Source: Bacteroidota bacterium (GTDB taxonomy: Bacteria > Bacteroidota > Bacteroidia > Bacteroidales > NBLH01). Taken from it: a DNA stretch of 64,000 bases. A model generated the notes under the pieces. It saw nothing but the letters and a program-made list of their open reading frames with translations, did no database searches and had not been told where the DNA came from. The position numbers were made by a program, and so were the translations under genes. Numbering within the stretch: the first letter of the stretch is position 1; each line of letters starts with the position of its first letter. The stretch lies in contig JBDLJL010000002.1 in NCBI GenBank assembly GCA_039714415.1, positions 14,269 to 78,268 on the forward strand, in the 5' to 3' direction. Below, one piece after another: positions 45,642 through 56,322 of the stretch.

Positions 45642-46379
45642 TTAATCCCTTCCTGACAGTAAGGCTAACAGTTTTAAAATTTCAAGATACAACCATACAA
45701 GTGTAACTGTCAATCCAAAAGCACCATACCATTCCATTACTTTAGGTGCACCTTGTGCCGAAAGTCGTTCAATCATATCAAAATCAAGAATAAGGTTAAG
45801 GGCTGCTATACCAACAATAAAAACTTGTATACCTATACCTAACATGCCCATATTGGCCAGTGATACACCGCCACCAAACATTCCAAAAACAATATTTAGC
45901 AAATAGAATATGGCGATACCACCAGTTGCGGCAACAATTCCTTTTTTGAATTTTGAACTGGCTTTAATCAAACCTGACCTATATGCAAAAAGCATGGCAA
46001 AAGCAACTCCAAATGTTAATACAATGGCTTGAAATGCAATGCCTGGGTACATTTGGTTAAAAAATGCTGAAATCCCACCTAAAAATAATCCTTCCAGAAT
46101 AGCATATATTGGAGTAGTAATGTGTGACCATTGAGGTTTAAATATGGTTAGTATAGCAACTGCAAAGCCACCAATTGCGCCAAACATTCCATACGATAAA
46201 CTACCTGTTGCAAGGGCATGATTCCATGTAAAATATGCAGAAAGGGAAACTAGTAATAATGCTAAAATGGTTTTATGTATCGCACCATTTATCGTCATAA
46301 CTCCCTGATCTGTATTTTCATATACTCTGCTTAATGCATTTTTCCCCAATGCAGGGTTTGATGATTGTCCTATTTTCAT
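45642..46379 (-). CDS. Bax inhibitor-1/YccA family membrane protein
   Basis: It has 7 TM segments, an N-terminal SSNPAL motif, and a C-terminal pattern typical of the family. Confidence 0.75.
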   Translation of the reverse strand: MKIGQSSNPALGKNALSRVYENTDQGVMTINGAIHKTILALLLVSLSAYFTWNHALATGSLSYGMFGAIGGFAVAILTIFKPQWSHITTPIYAILEGLFLGGISAFFNQMYPGIAFQAIVLTFGVAFAMLFAYRSGLIKASSKFKKGIVAATGGIAIFYLLNIVFGMFGGGVSLANMGMLGIGIQVFIVGIAALNLILDFDMIERLSAQGAPKVMEWYGAFGLTVTLVWLYLEILKLLALLSGRD

Positions 46380-46404
46380 TTTTATTAATTGTTTGATGTT
46401 ATTT

Positions 46405-47097
46405 TTATATATAATAGCTAACTTCTTCCTTTAACCAGGAAGCCATTTCTTTGTTATATTCGTTTACTGAATTAATAAATTTTGATACTTTGGTTTTTAA
46501 AATATCATTACGTTTGGAAATTTGTAATAATGCCCTGCTTAGGCCTCTTTTTATATGGAAATTATTTTCTTTTGCAATTTCCGGTAATATATTAAAAAAA
46601 GTTTCAAATTCACTGTCTGATAGTTTTTTATTTAACAAGGCAGATCTAGATAATATCAAAAGTCCTGTTAACCTGATATAAATATCTTTGTTTTTGCACC
46701 ATTCTTTAGCAAGATTTAAGCTATCAGGAATTTCGTATAATAAATTCAGTGATGCCTGTTCAGCTAACTCTGAAGTGTTGACCCCTGTGATATAATTACT
46801 TATCTGCTCTTTTGAAAGTTTATCAGGCTGGGCAATCATTAGCGAAAGAATTTTAGCCTCCCTACTTGTTTTTTGCCATAAAAAAAGTGCAAATTCATGA
46901 TCATCATGGTATTCTTTAGCAAATTCTTTTAGCTCTTGAAGGGCAATTCCAAAATTTCTTTTATACTTAAGCCCCATGCGGTTCATACTATCAACAGCCG
47001 GTCCGTTTTCCCTTGTTCTGAATTTTCTAAGTAATAATTTATATTTATTTGCAACTTCTTCCACAATAAAACTGTCTAAATAATAGTGCTTTTGCAA
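46405..47097 (-). CDS. DNA alkylation repair (AlkD/HEAT-like repeat) family protein
   Basis: The pattern is helical-repeat, and LFLWQKTSREAKILSLMIA matches family members as I recall them. Confidence 0.55.
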   Translation of the reverse strand: MQKHYYLDSFIVEEVANKYKLLLRKFRTRENGPAVDSMNRMGLKYKRNFGIALQELKEFAKEYHDDHEFALFLWQKTSREAKILSLMIAQPDKLSKEQISNYITGVNTSELAEQASLNLLYEIPDSLNLAKEWCKNKDIYIRLTGLLILSRSALLNKKLSDSEFETFFNILPEIAKENNFHIKRGLSRALLQISKRNDILKTKVSKFINSVNEYNKEMASWLKEEVSYYI

Positions 47098-47186
47098 AAG
47101 TAAATTTTTTATTGTAAGAATAGAAACTGATTCTTGTTAAAATAGATTAAATTTAACACTTAATATTAACCTTAAAATTAACAATT

Positions 47187-48083
47187 ATGAATAAGTTGAA
47201 TTTTCTAATATTCCTATTAATATCAGGAATATTTTTGCAGGCTTGTAAGAAGGATGAACCAGAACAGGAAAAAATATTTGACCATGGAAATCTGGATATA
47301 TCAAAAATTCCTGCTGAATGGATTAATAGTGCAAAAGATAAACTTCATATTGCTTATGGGCATACTTCACATGGTTCGCAATTAATTACTGGTATGACTG
47401 GCCTAATGGAATGGAAAGGTGACCAGTATAAATGGAATAATGGAGATATGGATGGTGCATTGGATATTAGGGACCAGATTATGGGTGGTGATTTAGGTCA
47501 TAATGGAAGCCTGGCATGGGAAAGTGCAACACGCTCGTTGTTAGATGATACTGAACGAATGGGAGATATAAACGTAGTAATTTGGTCGTGGTGTGGTGGT
47601 GTTTCTGATAATACTGAGGCAGGAATAAATATTTATCTTAATGCCATGGATCAATTAGAAAAAGATTATCCAGATGTTCAATTTGTTTATATGACGGGTC
47701 ACTTGGATGGAACGGGAGAGGAAGGTAATTTGCATATCCGAAATGAACAAATTCGAAAGTTTTGTAATGATAACAATAAAATTTTATATGATTTTGCCGA
47801 TATTGAATCTTATGACCCTGATGGCAATTATTATGGTGATAAATATGCAACAGATGGTTGTAATTATGATTTTAATAATGATGGTAGGACAGATCAAAGT
47901 GGAGATCCAGCACTTCCTATAAATGGGGATGGTAATTGGGCAATTGACTGGCAAAATTCACATGAGCTTAATGTCGATTGGTTTAATTGTTATGCAGCTC
48001 ATACCCAGCCATTAAATGCAAACCGAAAAGCTTATGCTGCATGGTATTTATGGGCAAGGTTGGCGGGATGGGATGGTAATTAG
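47187..48083 (+). CDS. Hypothetical lipoprotein
   Basis: The lipobox is LQAC. No motif could be assigned. Confidence 0.4.
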   Translation: MNKLNFLIFLLISGIFLQACKKDEPEQEKIFDHGNLDISKIPAEWINSAKDKLHIAYGHTSHGSQLITGMTGLMEWKGDQYKWNNGDMDGALDIRDQIMGGDLGHNGSLAWESATRSLLDDTERMGDINVVIWSWCGGVSDNTEAGINIYLNAMDQLEKDYPDVQFVYMTGHLDGTGEEGNLHIRNEQIRKFCNDNNKILYDFADIESYDPDGNYYGDKYATDGCNYDFNNDGRTDQSGDPALPINGDGNWAIDWQNSHELNVDWFNCYAAHTQPLNANRKAYAAWYLWARLAGWDGN

Positions 48084-48299
48084 CTATCTAAGGCCATGGT
48101 TTCATATTACATTCCCGCATTTAAATGCTTTGTACTGAGCTTGTTGAAGTGACTGGTAATTAGTCATTGGTATTTAAAATAAATGAATTCAAACACCTAA
48201 TACATTTATGATTAATAACCAATATACCAATGACTTTTAACTTTATAGAAAATTTAAATGCAAAAAAATGCACTTATTCTAAAATCCAGCCTTATTATA

Positions 48300-49328
48300 T
48301 TATAATACCCTCAGTACAAAATAAAGAATAAAAGCTATATTTAGAAGCAAAAGAAATGAAAGTGCAGAATTTAACTGATTATGCACTTTTTTTGATAATG
48401 AAAAAATATTATGAATGATATTAAGCCTTTCTAAAGATATTATTATACAATTCTTATTTTCTATAGAACTGTCTGAATCTGAAATAAAAAAATCAAAGCC
48501 TGCTATTCCCTCTAAGTTTTTATCTGTTGTCACTAAAGCTGTTTTGGCTTTGTTGCTCAGCTTATTAATAATTTCTTTTTGTTCATCAAAATTCAAATTT
48601 GTATAGCTTTTGTCAAAAGGCAACTTATCGGTATTTTCATTTTCCGGTTCTGAATCAAGGTAAACCAAGTTACCAAATTGGTTCAAATTTTTTACCACAT
48701 CTATTACTTTTTTATTCCATTTTTCCTTAAATGTGAATTTTCCTATCAGAACATTATTTTTCACTAAATATAATGAAGAACCGTCGTTTTTTTTAATAAA
48801 TTCTTTTACAAACGAATAAGCCCCCAACATCAATATTTTGTTATTTTCATCAGTAACTGAGATTCCCTCTTTTTGTTTTTGATTTATGGAAATTCCTTTA
48901 TCTAATGGTTTTTTTTTGAGCTTTTTTTGCAAAACTTTGGTGTAGGGCGAATCCCATAATTCAGCAAGTTGTGACGCCGTTTCAATAACTGATTTTTTAC
49001 TAATTGTTGAGCGATGTTCTACATTTATTAATTTGTACTTTCCCTGGCTGATTAAACCTTGTTTAGAAAATATAATAGTTTTTACTTTTTCTAAGCCTGC
49101 TATTTGTTGTAAATTAATATTATTAAAACCCATTTCTATCAACAAACGGATTTTCTTTTTGTTAAATATCAAGCAGACAATTCTGTTGAAAACTAGATTA
49201 ATTGCCAATAAGATTATTATAATGTTGATTATAAGTGAATTACTTCCAGACATAAAAAAACGAACAAGTGAATAAACACCCAGAGCCACAAAAACAATTG
49301 AAAGCAGTATGTTTATTTTATTATTCAT
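48300..49328 (-). CDS. Degenerate P-type (P1B-like) ATPase remnant protein lacking all catalytic motifs
   Basis: Colinear with the P/N domains of heavy-metal ATPases. LEKVKTIIFSKQGLIS replaces ...DKTGTLT, SEP replaces TGD, and TTDKNLEG replaces GDGxNDxP. It has 2 N-terminal TM segments and 1 C-terminal TM segment. Confidence 0.5.
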   Translation of the reverse strand: MNNKINILLSIVFVALGVYSLVRFFMSGSNSLIINIIIILLAINLVFNRIVCLIFNKKKIRLLIEMGFNNINLQQIAGLEKVKTIIFSKQGLISQGKYKLINVEHRSTISKKSVIETASQLAELWDSPYTKVLQKKLKKKPLDKGISINQKQKEGISVTDENNKILMLGAYSFVKEFIKKNDGSSLYLVKNNVLIGKFTFKEKWNKKVIDVVKNLNQFGNLVYLDSEPENENTDKLPFDKSYTNLNFDEQKEIINKLSNKAKTALVTTDKNLEGIAGFDFFISDSDSSIENKNCIIISLERLNIIHNIFSLSKKVHNQLNSALSFLLLLNIAFILYFVLRVL

Positions 49329-49353
49329 TATACAATCATCATTATTTATTTAA

Positions 49354-49986
49354 TTACCCATTCCAGTTTCCCGGATCCTGGCGCCACTTTTCCAGAGTTT
49401 GTATCTCATCTGCTTCTACATAATTTGTTTCAACAGCAATATCAATTAATGTATGATAATCTGTTAAGGTTTTTAAAGAGCATTTGGCTTTATCAAAATT
49501 ATCATCTGCCACTTGGAAACCATAGCTAAAAATAGCCAACATACCTAATACATTTGCACCGGCTTTCCTTAATGCTTCAACAGCTTTTAGGCTACTTCCA
49601 CCCGTTGAAACCAGGTCTTCTATTACAACGACATTTTGTTTTGCTTCCAGAACACCTTCAATCATATTGGTTAAGCCATGCTTTTTTGATGAAGCACGGA
49701 CATATACAAATGGGATGTCTAAAAGTTCAGCAACTAAAACTCCATGGGCGATTGCACCAGTTGCTACTCCTGCAATAACATCAGGCATACCAAATTCTTC
49801 CTTTACCATATCCGCAAAAGCTTTCTTTACTATTTCACGGGTTTTTGGGAATGATAAAATTTTTCGGTTATCGCAATAAATTGGCGATTTCCAACCTGAA
49901 GCCCAGGTAAAAGGATTTGCCGGGTTAAGCTTTATTGCATTAATTTGTAATAATTCTTTGGCTATTAATTTTTTAATATCACTCAT
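49354..49986 (-). CDS. pyrE: Orotate phosphoribosyltransferase (ATG start at 49986)
   Basis: The PRPP-binding motif is VVVIEDLVSTGGS. Confidence 0.9.
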   Translation of the reverse strand: MSDIKKLIAKELLQINAIKLNPANPFTWASGWKSPIYCDNRKILSFPKTREIVKKAFADMVKEEFGMPDVIAGVATGAIAHGVLVAELLDIPFVYVRASSKKHGLTNMIEGVLEAKQNVVVIEDLVSTGGSSLKAVEALRKAGANVLGMLAIFSYGFQVADDNFDKAKCSLKTLTDYHTLIDIAVETNYVEADEIQTLEKWRQDPGNWNG

Positions 49987-49992
49987 AATCAA

Positions 49993-50598
49993 ATGTATAA
50001 AGTTTATTTTGAAGACCGAATTATCGTTATTAGTTCAGAAAAAATATCTGTCAATAAAAATAACGATGAAAAATTTATTCGCTACAAAAATAAAAAGTCA
50101 TTTTACAAAGCGGTAAAAGAATTCAGAAAAGATACAAAAATTTTAATATTGCATGTTCAAACAACAAGTTCTAAAAAAGTATTAAAACAGCTGAAGAAAA
50201 AGTTTAAAATTATTGATGCTGCAGGAGGTTTAGTTTTTAACAATGATGGCCATGTATTAATGATAAAACGAAATGGAGTTTGGGATTTGCCTAAAGGGAA
50301 AATTGAAACGGGAGAAAAAAGATCGGAAGCGGCAATTCGTGAGGTAGAAGAAGAATGTGGTATTACAGGTTTATTTATAGAAAAGAAAATAGGGAAAACA
50401 TACCATACATATATTTTTAGAGAAAAAAATATGTTTAAAACTACTCATTGGTTTTTGATGAAATATAGTGGAGAAGAAAAGCTTATCCCCCAAACGGAAG
50501 AAGATATTACCGAAGTAAAGTGGAAAAGTACTGATGAGGTAAAAAAAATAATCCCAAATACTTATAAAAGCTTGGTGGAAATCTTGAGGGAGGTTTAA
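49993..50598 (+). CDS. NUDIX hydrolase with an N-terminal extension
   Basis: The Nudix box is GKIETGEKRSEAAIREVEEECGI. Confidence 0.75.
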   Translation: MYKVYFEDRIIVISSEKISVNKNNDEKFIRYKNKKSFYKAVKEFRKDTKILILHVQTTSSKKVLKQLKKKFKIIDAAGGLVFNNDGHVLMIKRNGVWDLPKGKIETGEKRSEAAIREVEEECGITGLFIEKKIGKTYHTYIFREKNMFKTTHWFLMKYSGEEKLIPQTEEDITEVKWKSTDEVKKIIPNTYKSLVEILREV

Positions 50599-51449
50599 TT
50601 TTTCACTTTCATTTGCTTTAAACGACTTTTTGATAAATTGATAGCATTTATTACATTTTTTTTGAAAGCCCCTTCACCATATTTCTCCAAGTAAGGGATG
50701 CAAGCTTTATAATCCGGAATTGTCTTCCTAATCTCTTGTTTATAATTCTTATAATCGACATGTGTTGGCTTTACTAAACGTTTATAGTTTTCATTAGCCC
50801 TATCAAATACGGCTGAGGCCATGTTGAAATAAATAAATCCGATTTGCATATTTACTTTTGCATTGTCGGGCTCCCGGCTTAGAATATTATTAAACAGCTC
50901 TAAAGCTTCATCTTCCTTTTTTGTTTTTGACAGAGCTACACCTTTAAAGTATAAAGATTTAGGATGCTCTGGTTTAAGGCTCAGTATTTCATCAGCTGTG
51001 ACAATGGTCTCTGGGTATCTCTTATTGTTGAAATAAAAGTAAAGCAGTTTTATTGTATATTTTTCATATTTTCCTTCTATATTTCTTGCTGCTAATAGAA
51101 CTTGTTCTGTTGTTTTATAATCTTTATACTTTTTTGCTAACTTCAATTGCTGATCGATTAAAAAAATATCGGTAGATCCATTATTTATAGCAATGTTATT
51201 GTATTTCATTGCCAGTTCTTCGTCTTTTAATTGAGTAGCACACATACTTGAAACTGATGCAGTCCAAATAACTTTTGATTTATCCTCGCTTCCAATAGCT
51301 AAGGCTTTATCGTAATACACTAATGCCTTTTGAAAGTTTTGGCTATCTACCTCTTTCTGCCCCTTTTCATTAAGTGATTTAAATGTTTCCTGGGCATTAC
51401 CGCTAACTACGGCTACGATAAATATTATTAGAAAAAAACATTTTTTCAT
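50595..51449 (-). CDS. TPR-repeat secreted protein
   Basis: It has a signal peptide and TPR-like helices (ALVYYDKALAI, LELFNNILSREPDNAKV). Confidence 0.55.
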   Translation of the reverse strand: MKKCFFLIIFIVAVVSGNAQETFKSLNEKGQKEVDSQNFQKALVYYDKALAIGSEDKSKVIWTASVSSMCATQLKDEELAMKYNNIAINNGSTDIFLIDQQLKLAKKYKDYKTTEQVLLAARNIEGKYEKYTIKLLYFYFNNKRYPETIVTADEILSLKPEHPKSLYFKGVALSKTKKEDEALELFNNILSREPDNAKVNMQIGFIYFNMASAVFDRANENYKRLVKPTHVDYKNYKQEIRKTIPDYKACIPYLEKYGEGAFKKNVINAINLSKSRLKQMKVKN

Positions 51450-51649
51450 CCATTTATATTTAATTATTTTTAATTGTCAGATGGAACATCCACATTCTAC
51501 AACATGCACACCCAAAGTAAATGACCCCATATAATCATACTCCCCGAAAAATCTAGGCTGTGTGTGTTAAAATTGCCATCATGGATGTTTCATCTAATTT
51601 TTTATATATGATAGTGGTAAAAATTTTAGATCTAACTCATTAAGGAATA

Positions 51650-53125
51650 TTATTTTACTATGACCTTAATAATCTTAGCATTACGTCCTTCACCAACATG
51701 TAAAATGTAAGTGCCTGATTTTACTTTATAGTTAATCATATTATTAATCACCATACCTTTTTCACAGCTGCGACCTGTTAGGTCGAACAAAGTGTATGCA
51801 GCATCATTAGTTTCTAAACCTGTTAGGTTAATATAACCGTAGGATGGGTTTGGAAATACTGTGATAGAATTAGCTTTAAAAGCCGGCTCAATAATACCTG
51901 TATTAGGATCAACAATTGGATAAGCAGTTGGATGATAAACGTATAATTCCCTGCCGGTAGTGCCATCATCTGCTTCCATGTAAATATTACCATCAAAAAG
52001 TGTCAAGTGATCAACATCTGTTATTGCATCAGTTACTCTTTCAATATTAACACCATTGGTTCGGTACAACCTTCTTGGAGTTTTATTATCAACAACAATA
52101 GTATCCTGACCTGTAAAATAAAGACAATCACCATTTGCTATAAAGTTTCTTGGATCCAGGAAATGAGATCCCATAGTACCTGTACCCCAATAATCTATTT
52201 GATAATCAGTCATCCTTGTGAATGTGTTTCCTTGTGGGTCAAATACATATAATTGACTTTCGCCGATAACATTGTTTCCCTTACAGTATATTTTATCATT
52301 CCATACATAAAAATTGCCAAAATAATCACTTCCGCTAAGTTCATCATTAACTACATCTACCCTACGAGTATTTTCTTTAGTGCCATCAGTTTCCCAAAAC
52401 TGATTCCAGGCAATAAAATATGCTTTATCACCAAATGTTACAAACTCAGTAATTTTAGCATCTACAGAATCAGGTGTGTCATCCATATCAAAATTAAAAT
52501 CTGTTAAGCGTGTAACTCCACTTGAAGGATCTAGTAATAACAACTCTATACCTTTATCAGGATCTTCATCTGTTATTTTGCCATACAATAGAAAGTTATC
52601 ACCAAAAGGGATAAATTTTCCTGTTCCTGCTATATTCTCTTGATGTGCCAGAGTGGTTTCGGTTGTTCCATCCCATGAATGGATAGCTTTATTATCTGTA
52701 TCTGTCTGTTTATCCATAAAATAAACCATACCTGCATGTACAACCGGCATCTTCCAATCAAAATCGCCTGCCTTTACACCAGTGTCGGTAGTTTCGTCAA
52801 TTCGATAAATGCCATATGTAGTACCATCTGTAGCACAAAAATATATTTCGTTATTAAATACAGTAAAAGCACCGGCCATACTATGGCCTCCTGTATTAAT
52901 TTCAACCTCACGGACGTTATCAGTTGTTCCGTCACTTACAAAAACTACATTGTAAGCCCCGTCAGTAGAATTATTACCCCTGAAAATAATTTTCTCATTA
53001 TTGGCGGCCATCTCACTAATAAGAGTGGATTCTGCTCCGCTTCTAATATCTTTCACCAGTTCTACTTGTGCAAAACTTAAAGAAACTGTAAGGCTAAACA
53101 TTAAAATTGAATAAAATTTTTTCAT
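51650..53125 (-). CDS. T9SS-sorted beta-propeller-like surface protein (ELWxxDG-type repeats)
   Basis: Repeated motifs VFVSDGT, FWETDGT, LYRTNG and ELYVY occur. The C-terminal Por tail is ITVFPNPSYGYINL ... GTYILHV ... KVIVK. Confidence 0.6.
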   Translation of the reverse strand: MKKFYSILMFSLTVSLSFAQVELVKDIRSGAESTLISEMAANNEKIIFRGNNSTDGAYNVVFVSDGTTDNVREVEINTGGHSMAGAFTVFNNEIYFCATDGTTYGIYRIDETTDTGVKAGDFDWKMPVVHAGMVYFMDKQTDTDNKAIHSWDGTTETTLAHQENIAGTGKFIPFGDNFLLYGKITDEDPDKGIELLLLDPSSGVTRLTDFNFDMDDTPDSVDAKITEFVTFGDKAYFIAWNQFWETDGTKENTRRVDVVNDELSGSDYFGNFYVWNDKIYCKGNNVIGESQLYVFDPQGNTFTRMTDYQIDYWGTGTMGSHFLDPRNFIANGDCLYFTGQDTIVVDNKTPRRLYRTNGVNIERVTDAITDVDHLTLFDGNIYMEADDGTTGRELYVYHPTAYPIVDPNTGIIEPAFKANSITVFPNPSYGYINLTGLETNDAAYTLFDLTGRSCEKGMVINNMINYKVKSGTYILHVGEGRNAKIIKVIVK

Positions 53126-53164
53126 AGTTTTAGTTATTAATAATATTAATTTATGATTTTAACT

Positions 53165-54283
53165 TTATTTCTCAAGAGCTTTAATAATTGTATCTTCAAA
53201 CTCTGCCCCTCCCGGTCCCGGAGTATAAACATTTACAATTTTTCCATCTTTACCAATAACCATGTACCGTGGTGCTCCTGTTATATTATATTTCTCAATA
53301 AAATCTGTTTTTTCTTCACTGGCAATCATGTTGGTTAGTTCCATCATATTGTAATGAGGGAGAGAGTATTTCCAATGTGAGTATTCATTGAATTTGTCAA
53401 TAGATATACTGACAAATGCAATATCGCTTTGTGTCTTGTATTTATTATATACTTCAAGGTATTTAGGCATTTTCTTAATGCACCATGCACACCATGTGGC
53501 CCATACATCTATCACTAATACTTTACCTTTAAAATCAGCCAAAGTATGTATATTACCCCTGTCATCGGGTAATTTAAAATCGGGTGCTGGTTTACCTACT
53601 CTTAAATGATTGTATTTTTCATATATTTGTATTAATTCATCTCTTGATTCTGAAGGAGACATAGCCTTAATCAATGGCAGTATAGGATCTAATCCTTCAG
53701 TGTAGCCATAAAATCGGAATACAAAGCCAATTTGAGGCAAATAAGCCTGTTTCAACTGTTCGCTACCCTCTTCATATACATACATAAGATCTTGATAGTA
53801 CAAATCGTTAAAAGAGTGAAGCATGCTTGTGTTTATCTTTCCGCCACCGGTAGCACTTCTAAAATCTTCGCCAGCCAACAGATGTTTTAAAAAGAAATAA
53901 TCTTTTGTGACAAATGATAGTGGTTTTGTGCTTACTGAGAATGAAACTATCGGTGCTTTAAAGTCAAGCTTCTGAATTTTGTTGCAAATGGGTTTGTCTG
54001 TTTCATTAAATTCACCTTGACGTTTTATATGACGGCTTAATGATTTAATAAAGAACAGTTCATTTAACTCAAAAGCCATTTTATCAGCATCGGTTTGTTG
54101 GTTTACAAACTCTTTTTTAATGGTTTCGTAGTTAGACTCAATAGAAACTAAACTTGTATTCATTTTATACGGTTCCCATTTTGCAGACATCAACTCAAGA
54201 ACTTTTGTACTGTCAACCTGTGCAAAAACTGACAGATTAAAAATAACAAGTACTCCCAATATTGAATATTTTATACTCTTCAT
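53165..54283 (-). CDS. TlpA-like thiol:disulfide oxidoreductase with an N-terminal extension
   Basis: Contains the thioredoxin motif VIDVWATWCAWC. Confidence 0.7.
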   Translation of the reverse strand: MKSIKYSILGVLVIFNLSVFAQVDSTKVLELMSAKWEPYKMNTSLVSIESNYETIKKEFVNQQTDADKMAFELNELFFIKSLSRHIKRQGEFNETDKPICNKIQKLDFKAPIVSFSVSTKPLSFVTKDYFFLKHLLAGEDFRSATGGGKINTSMLHSFNDLYYQDLMYVYEEGSEQLKQAYLPQIGFVFRFYGYTEGLDPILPLIKAMSPSESRDELIQIYEKYNHLRVGKPAPDFKLPDDRGNIHTLADFKGKVLVIDVWATWCAWCIKKMPKYLEVYNKYKTQSDIAFVSISIDKFNEYSHWKYSLPHYNMMELTNMIASEEKTDFIEKYNITGAPRYMVIGKDGKIVNVYTPGPGGAEFEDTIIKALEK

Positions 54284-54326
54284 ATATTTTTTTTTATATT
54301 AATGATGAACCTCAACAATAGGCTCA

Positions 54327-55499
54327 TTATTCTTTTAATAACACTATTTCTTTTATATTCCCTTCTGCGTCTTTAATTGTAATGTTTGCCTTATCGCCTT
54401 CCATTTGAACTATCTTACTGGTTATCGCTTTACATGGGTCAATAACTGAAACATCTTGTCCGTTGATAGTTATAACCTGCTCACCACCTTTTAGTTGATC
54501 TTTTATACTACTCCACACAACACCAATCACCAAATTGGTATCACTTACTGATATTCCGGCATTCCATATTTTATCATCAACTTCAACAGGCGATTGATTA
54601 AATGACTCGTAATAAAAAAGCTCATTAGGATAATCGATGGTTACAATACCATATTCCAATATTTTTGTGCCAAGTCGTGAACGTCTAGCTGTAGTGGTTA
54701 TGGTTCTAACATTAAGGAACTTACCTGTGCCTATGGTTAAATAAGGTATTTGCAAACGTGTTTTATGACTTTTATCTTCAATACCACCAACACCCATATA
54801 TGAAGCTCCAAAACCGGTATCAATAACCGACATTACATCGTCAAACCCTATTTTGTTATAACTTGCTGAGCACAGTTCATAAAAACCGTTTGAGCCTGAA
54901 TCAAACACTACATCATCCATCTCTATCCTGTTTAATCCAACCTGTATAAGAGGTAATCTTTTGTGTAGTATCTCTTTGCGATTACGAGATAAAATAGAGA
55001 AACTATCTATGCTATTGGTTAATATCACTATTTTTTTACGCGAATCTATTCTAAGAACACTATGTTTTAGAATATCATTACCAATAATTCCATCAACTCC
55101 ATAACATTCGAATGGTGAGCCGGCCTCTAATATCAAAGCAGATAATTCATTAAACTTAAGAAGTTCATTAGGTCCAAGACTAACAGAAGGGACTATCATC
55201 TTATCGAAACTTGATTTGCGACCTGTAGCATCTTTTGCATAACTCACATCGGTTTTTGTGTTGTCCAATTTATTGGCTAATTCTGAAGTTATTAATGTTA
55301 CTTCAGAACCTGTATCAAGAATAAAGTTGCCATTGTAATTCCCGACCTTTGCCGGAATAATAATTTTCCCTCGTAAATCTTTATATGGTATTTCAACATG
55401 GTACGATTGCGCATAACCGGCATTGCTAAATACAGCCAAACACATAATTACAAATGTGTATCTCCACCACTGTACCATAGTTCTATTTGTTTTTTTCAT
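54327..55499 (-). CDS. Retropepsin/pepsin-like aspartyl protease with a C-terminal PDZ-like domain
   Basis: It has two Asp motifs, FILDTGSEVTLI and VVFDSGSNG. The C-terminal segment is GGEQVITINGQDV. Confidence 0.55.
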   Translation of the reverse strand: MKKTNRTMVQWWRYTFVIMCLAVFSNAGYAQSYHVEIPYKDLRGKIIIPAKVGNYNGNFILDTGSEVTLITSELANKLDNTKTDVSYAKDATGRKSSFDKMIVPSVSLGPNELLKFNELSALILEAGSPFECYGVDGIIGNDILKHSVLRIDSRKKIVILTNSIDSFSILSRNRKEILHKRLPLIQVGLNRIEMDDVVFDSGSNGFYELCSASYNKIGFDDVMSVIDTGFGASYMGVGGIEDKSHKTRLQIPYLTIGTGKFLNVRTITTTARRSRLGTKILEYGIVTIDYPNELFYYESFNQSPVEVDDKIWNAGISVSDTNLVIGVVWSSIKDQLKGGEQVITINGQDVSVIDPCKAITSKIVQMEGDKANITIKDAEGNIKEIVLLKE

Positions 55500-56271
55500 A
55501 ATACTCTAAATACATTTTTTTGCCTTCTAAATCAAATAACATTCTTTTGTATTGCGATTTATTTCCCGACGATAGTAGATCTATCATGCGTGCACATTGG
55601 TCTTTAGTACTTAAATCGAGAATTAATCTTTGACACCCTGAATATATAATTATATAGCTAAATGATTTGGGGAAATAGTTCGCGTTGATAAAATCATTTT
55701 CAATAATATCAATCATAGCAGTTATATCTAAGTTGGTAGCATGTTGCAACATTTGCAATATTTTGATTTTTTTATCCAGGTTATCAACTTTTATTGTGCT
55801 AAAAGCATCTTGTACTTCTTTAAAAGAATATCCTGCAGGCACTTCCAATGTACTTGTATAAGATAAAATAAATCCCTTGGCATAATTAAAACCATCTGTT
55901 TCAATTTTATCTCTTAATTGTTCTGTATCAGAAGTCTCATTAAATAGTTCCCAATTTGCTATTAGTTCCTGATAAGATTTCAATTGAAAGTCGTTTATAT
56001 ATTGCATAAACATTTTAAGGTTGTCATTGGCATAACGCTCTTTAACAGGGAAAGTACATAAATATGCATCAGCCACTTGTTCATGGTTTAATTTAATTCC
56101 TTCGTAAGTAGTACTGTCCAATTCTGTAAGAAGAGTTATTAGAAAGGCTGTATCACGATCTCCGCTAATGAAACGCTTTTCATATTTCTGCATTTGTTTA
56201 TACGATTCATTGTTTTCTGTATTGCAAGCACTTAGACCTATTGCAATGATTATAATAATTAGTATCTTCAT
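55483..56271 (-). CDS. Hypothetical lipoprotein (overlaps the downstream gene by 17 nt)
   Basis: The lipobox is LSAC. No motif could be assigned. Confidence 0.4.
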   Translation of the reverse strand: MKILIIIIIAIGLSACNTENNESYKQMQKYEKRFISGDRDTAFLITLLTELDSTTYEGIKLNHEQVADAYLCTFPVKERYANDNLKMFMQYINDFQLKSYQELIANWELFNETSDTEQLRDKIETDGFNYAKGFILSYTSTLEVPAGYSFKEVQDAFSTIKVDNLDKKIKILQMLQHATNLDITAMIDIIENDFINANYFPKSFSYIIIYSGCQRLILDLSTKDQCARMIDLLSSGNKSQYKRMLFDLEGKKMYLEYYEKNK

Positions 56272-56322
56272 TTTTCTTTTTTTTGTATTTAGAACTGAGT
56301 ATTCTGTTTTTAGTACTGTACT

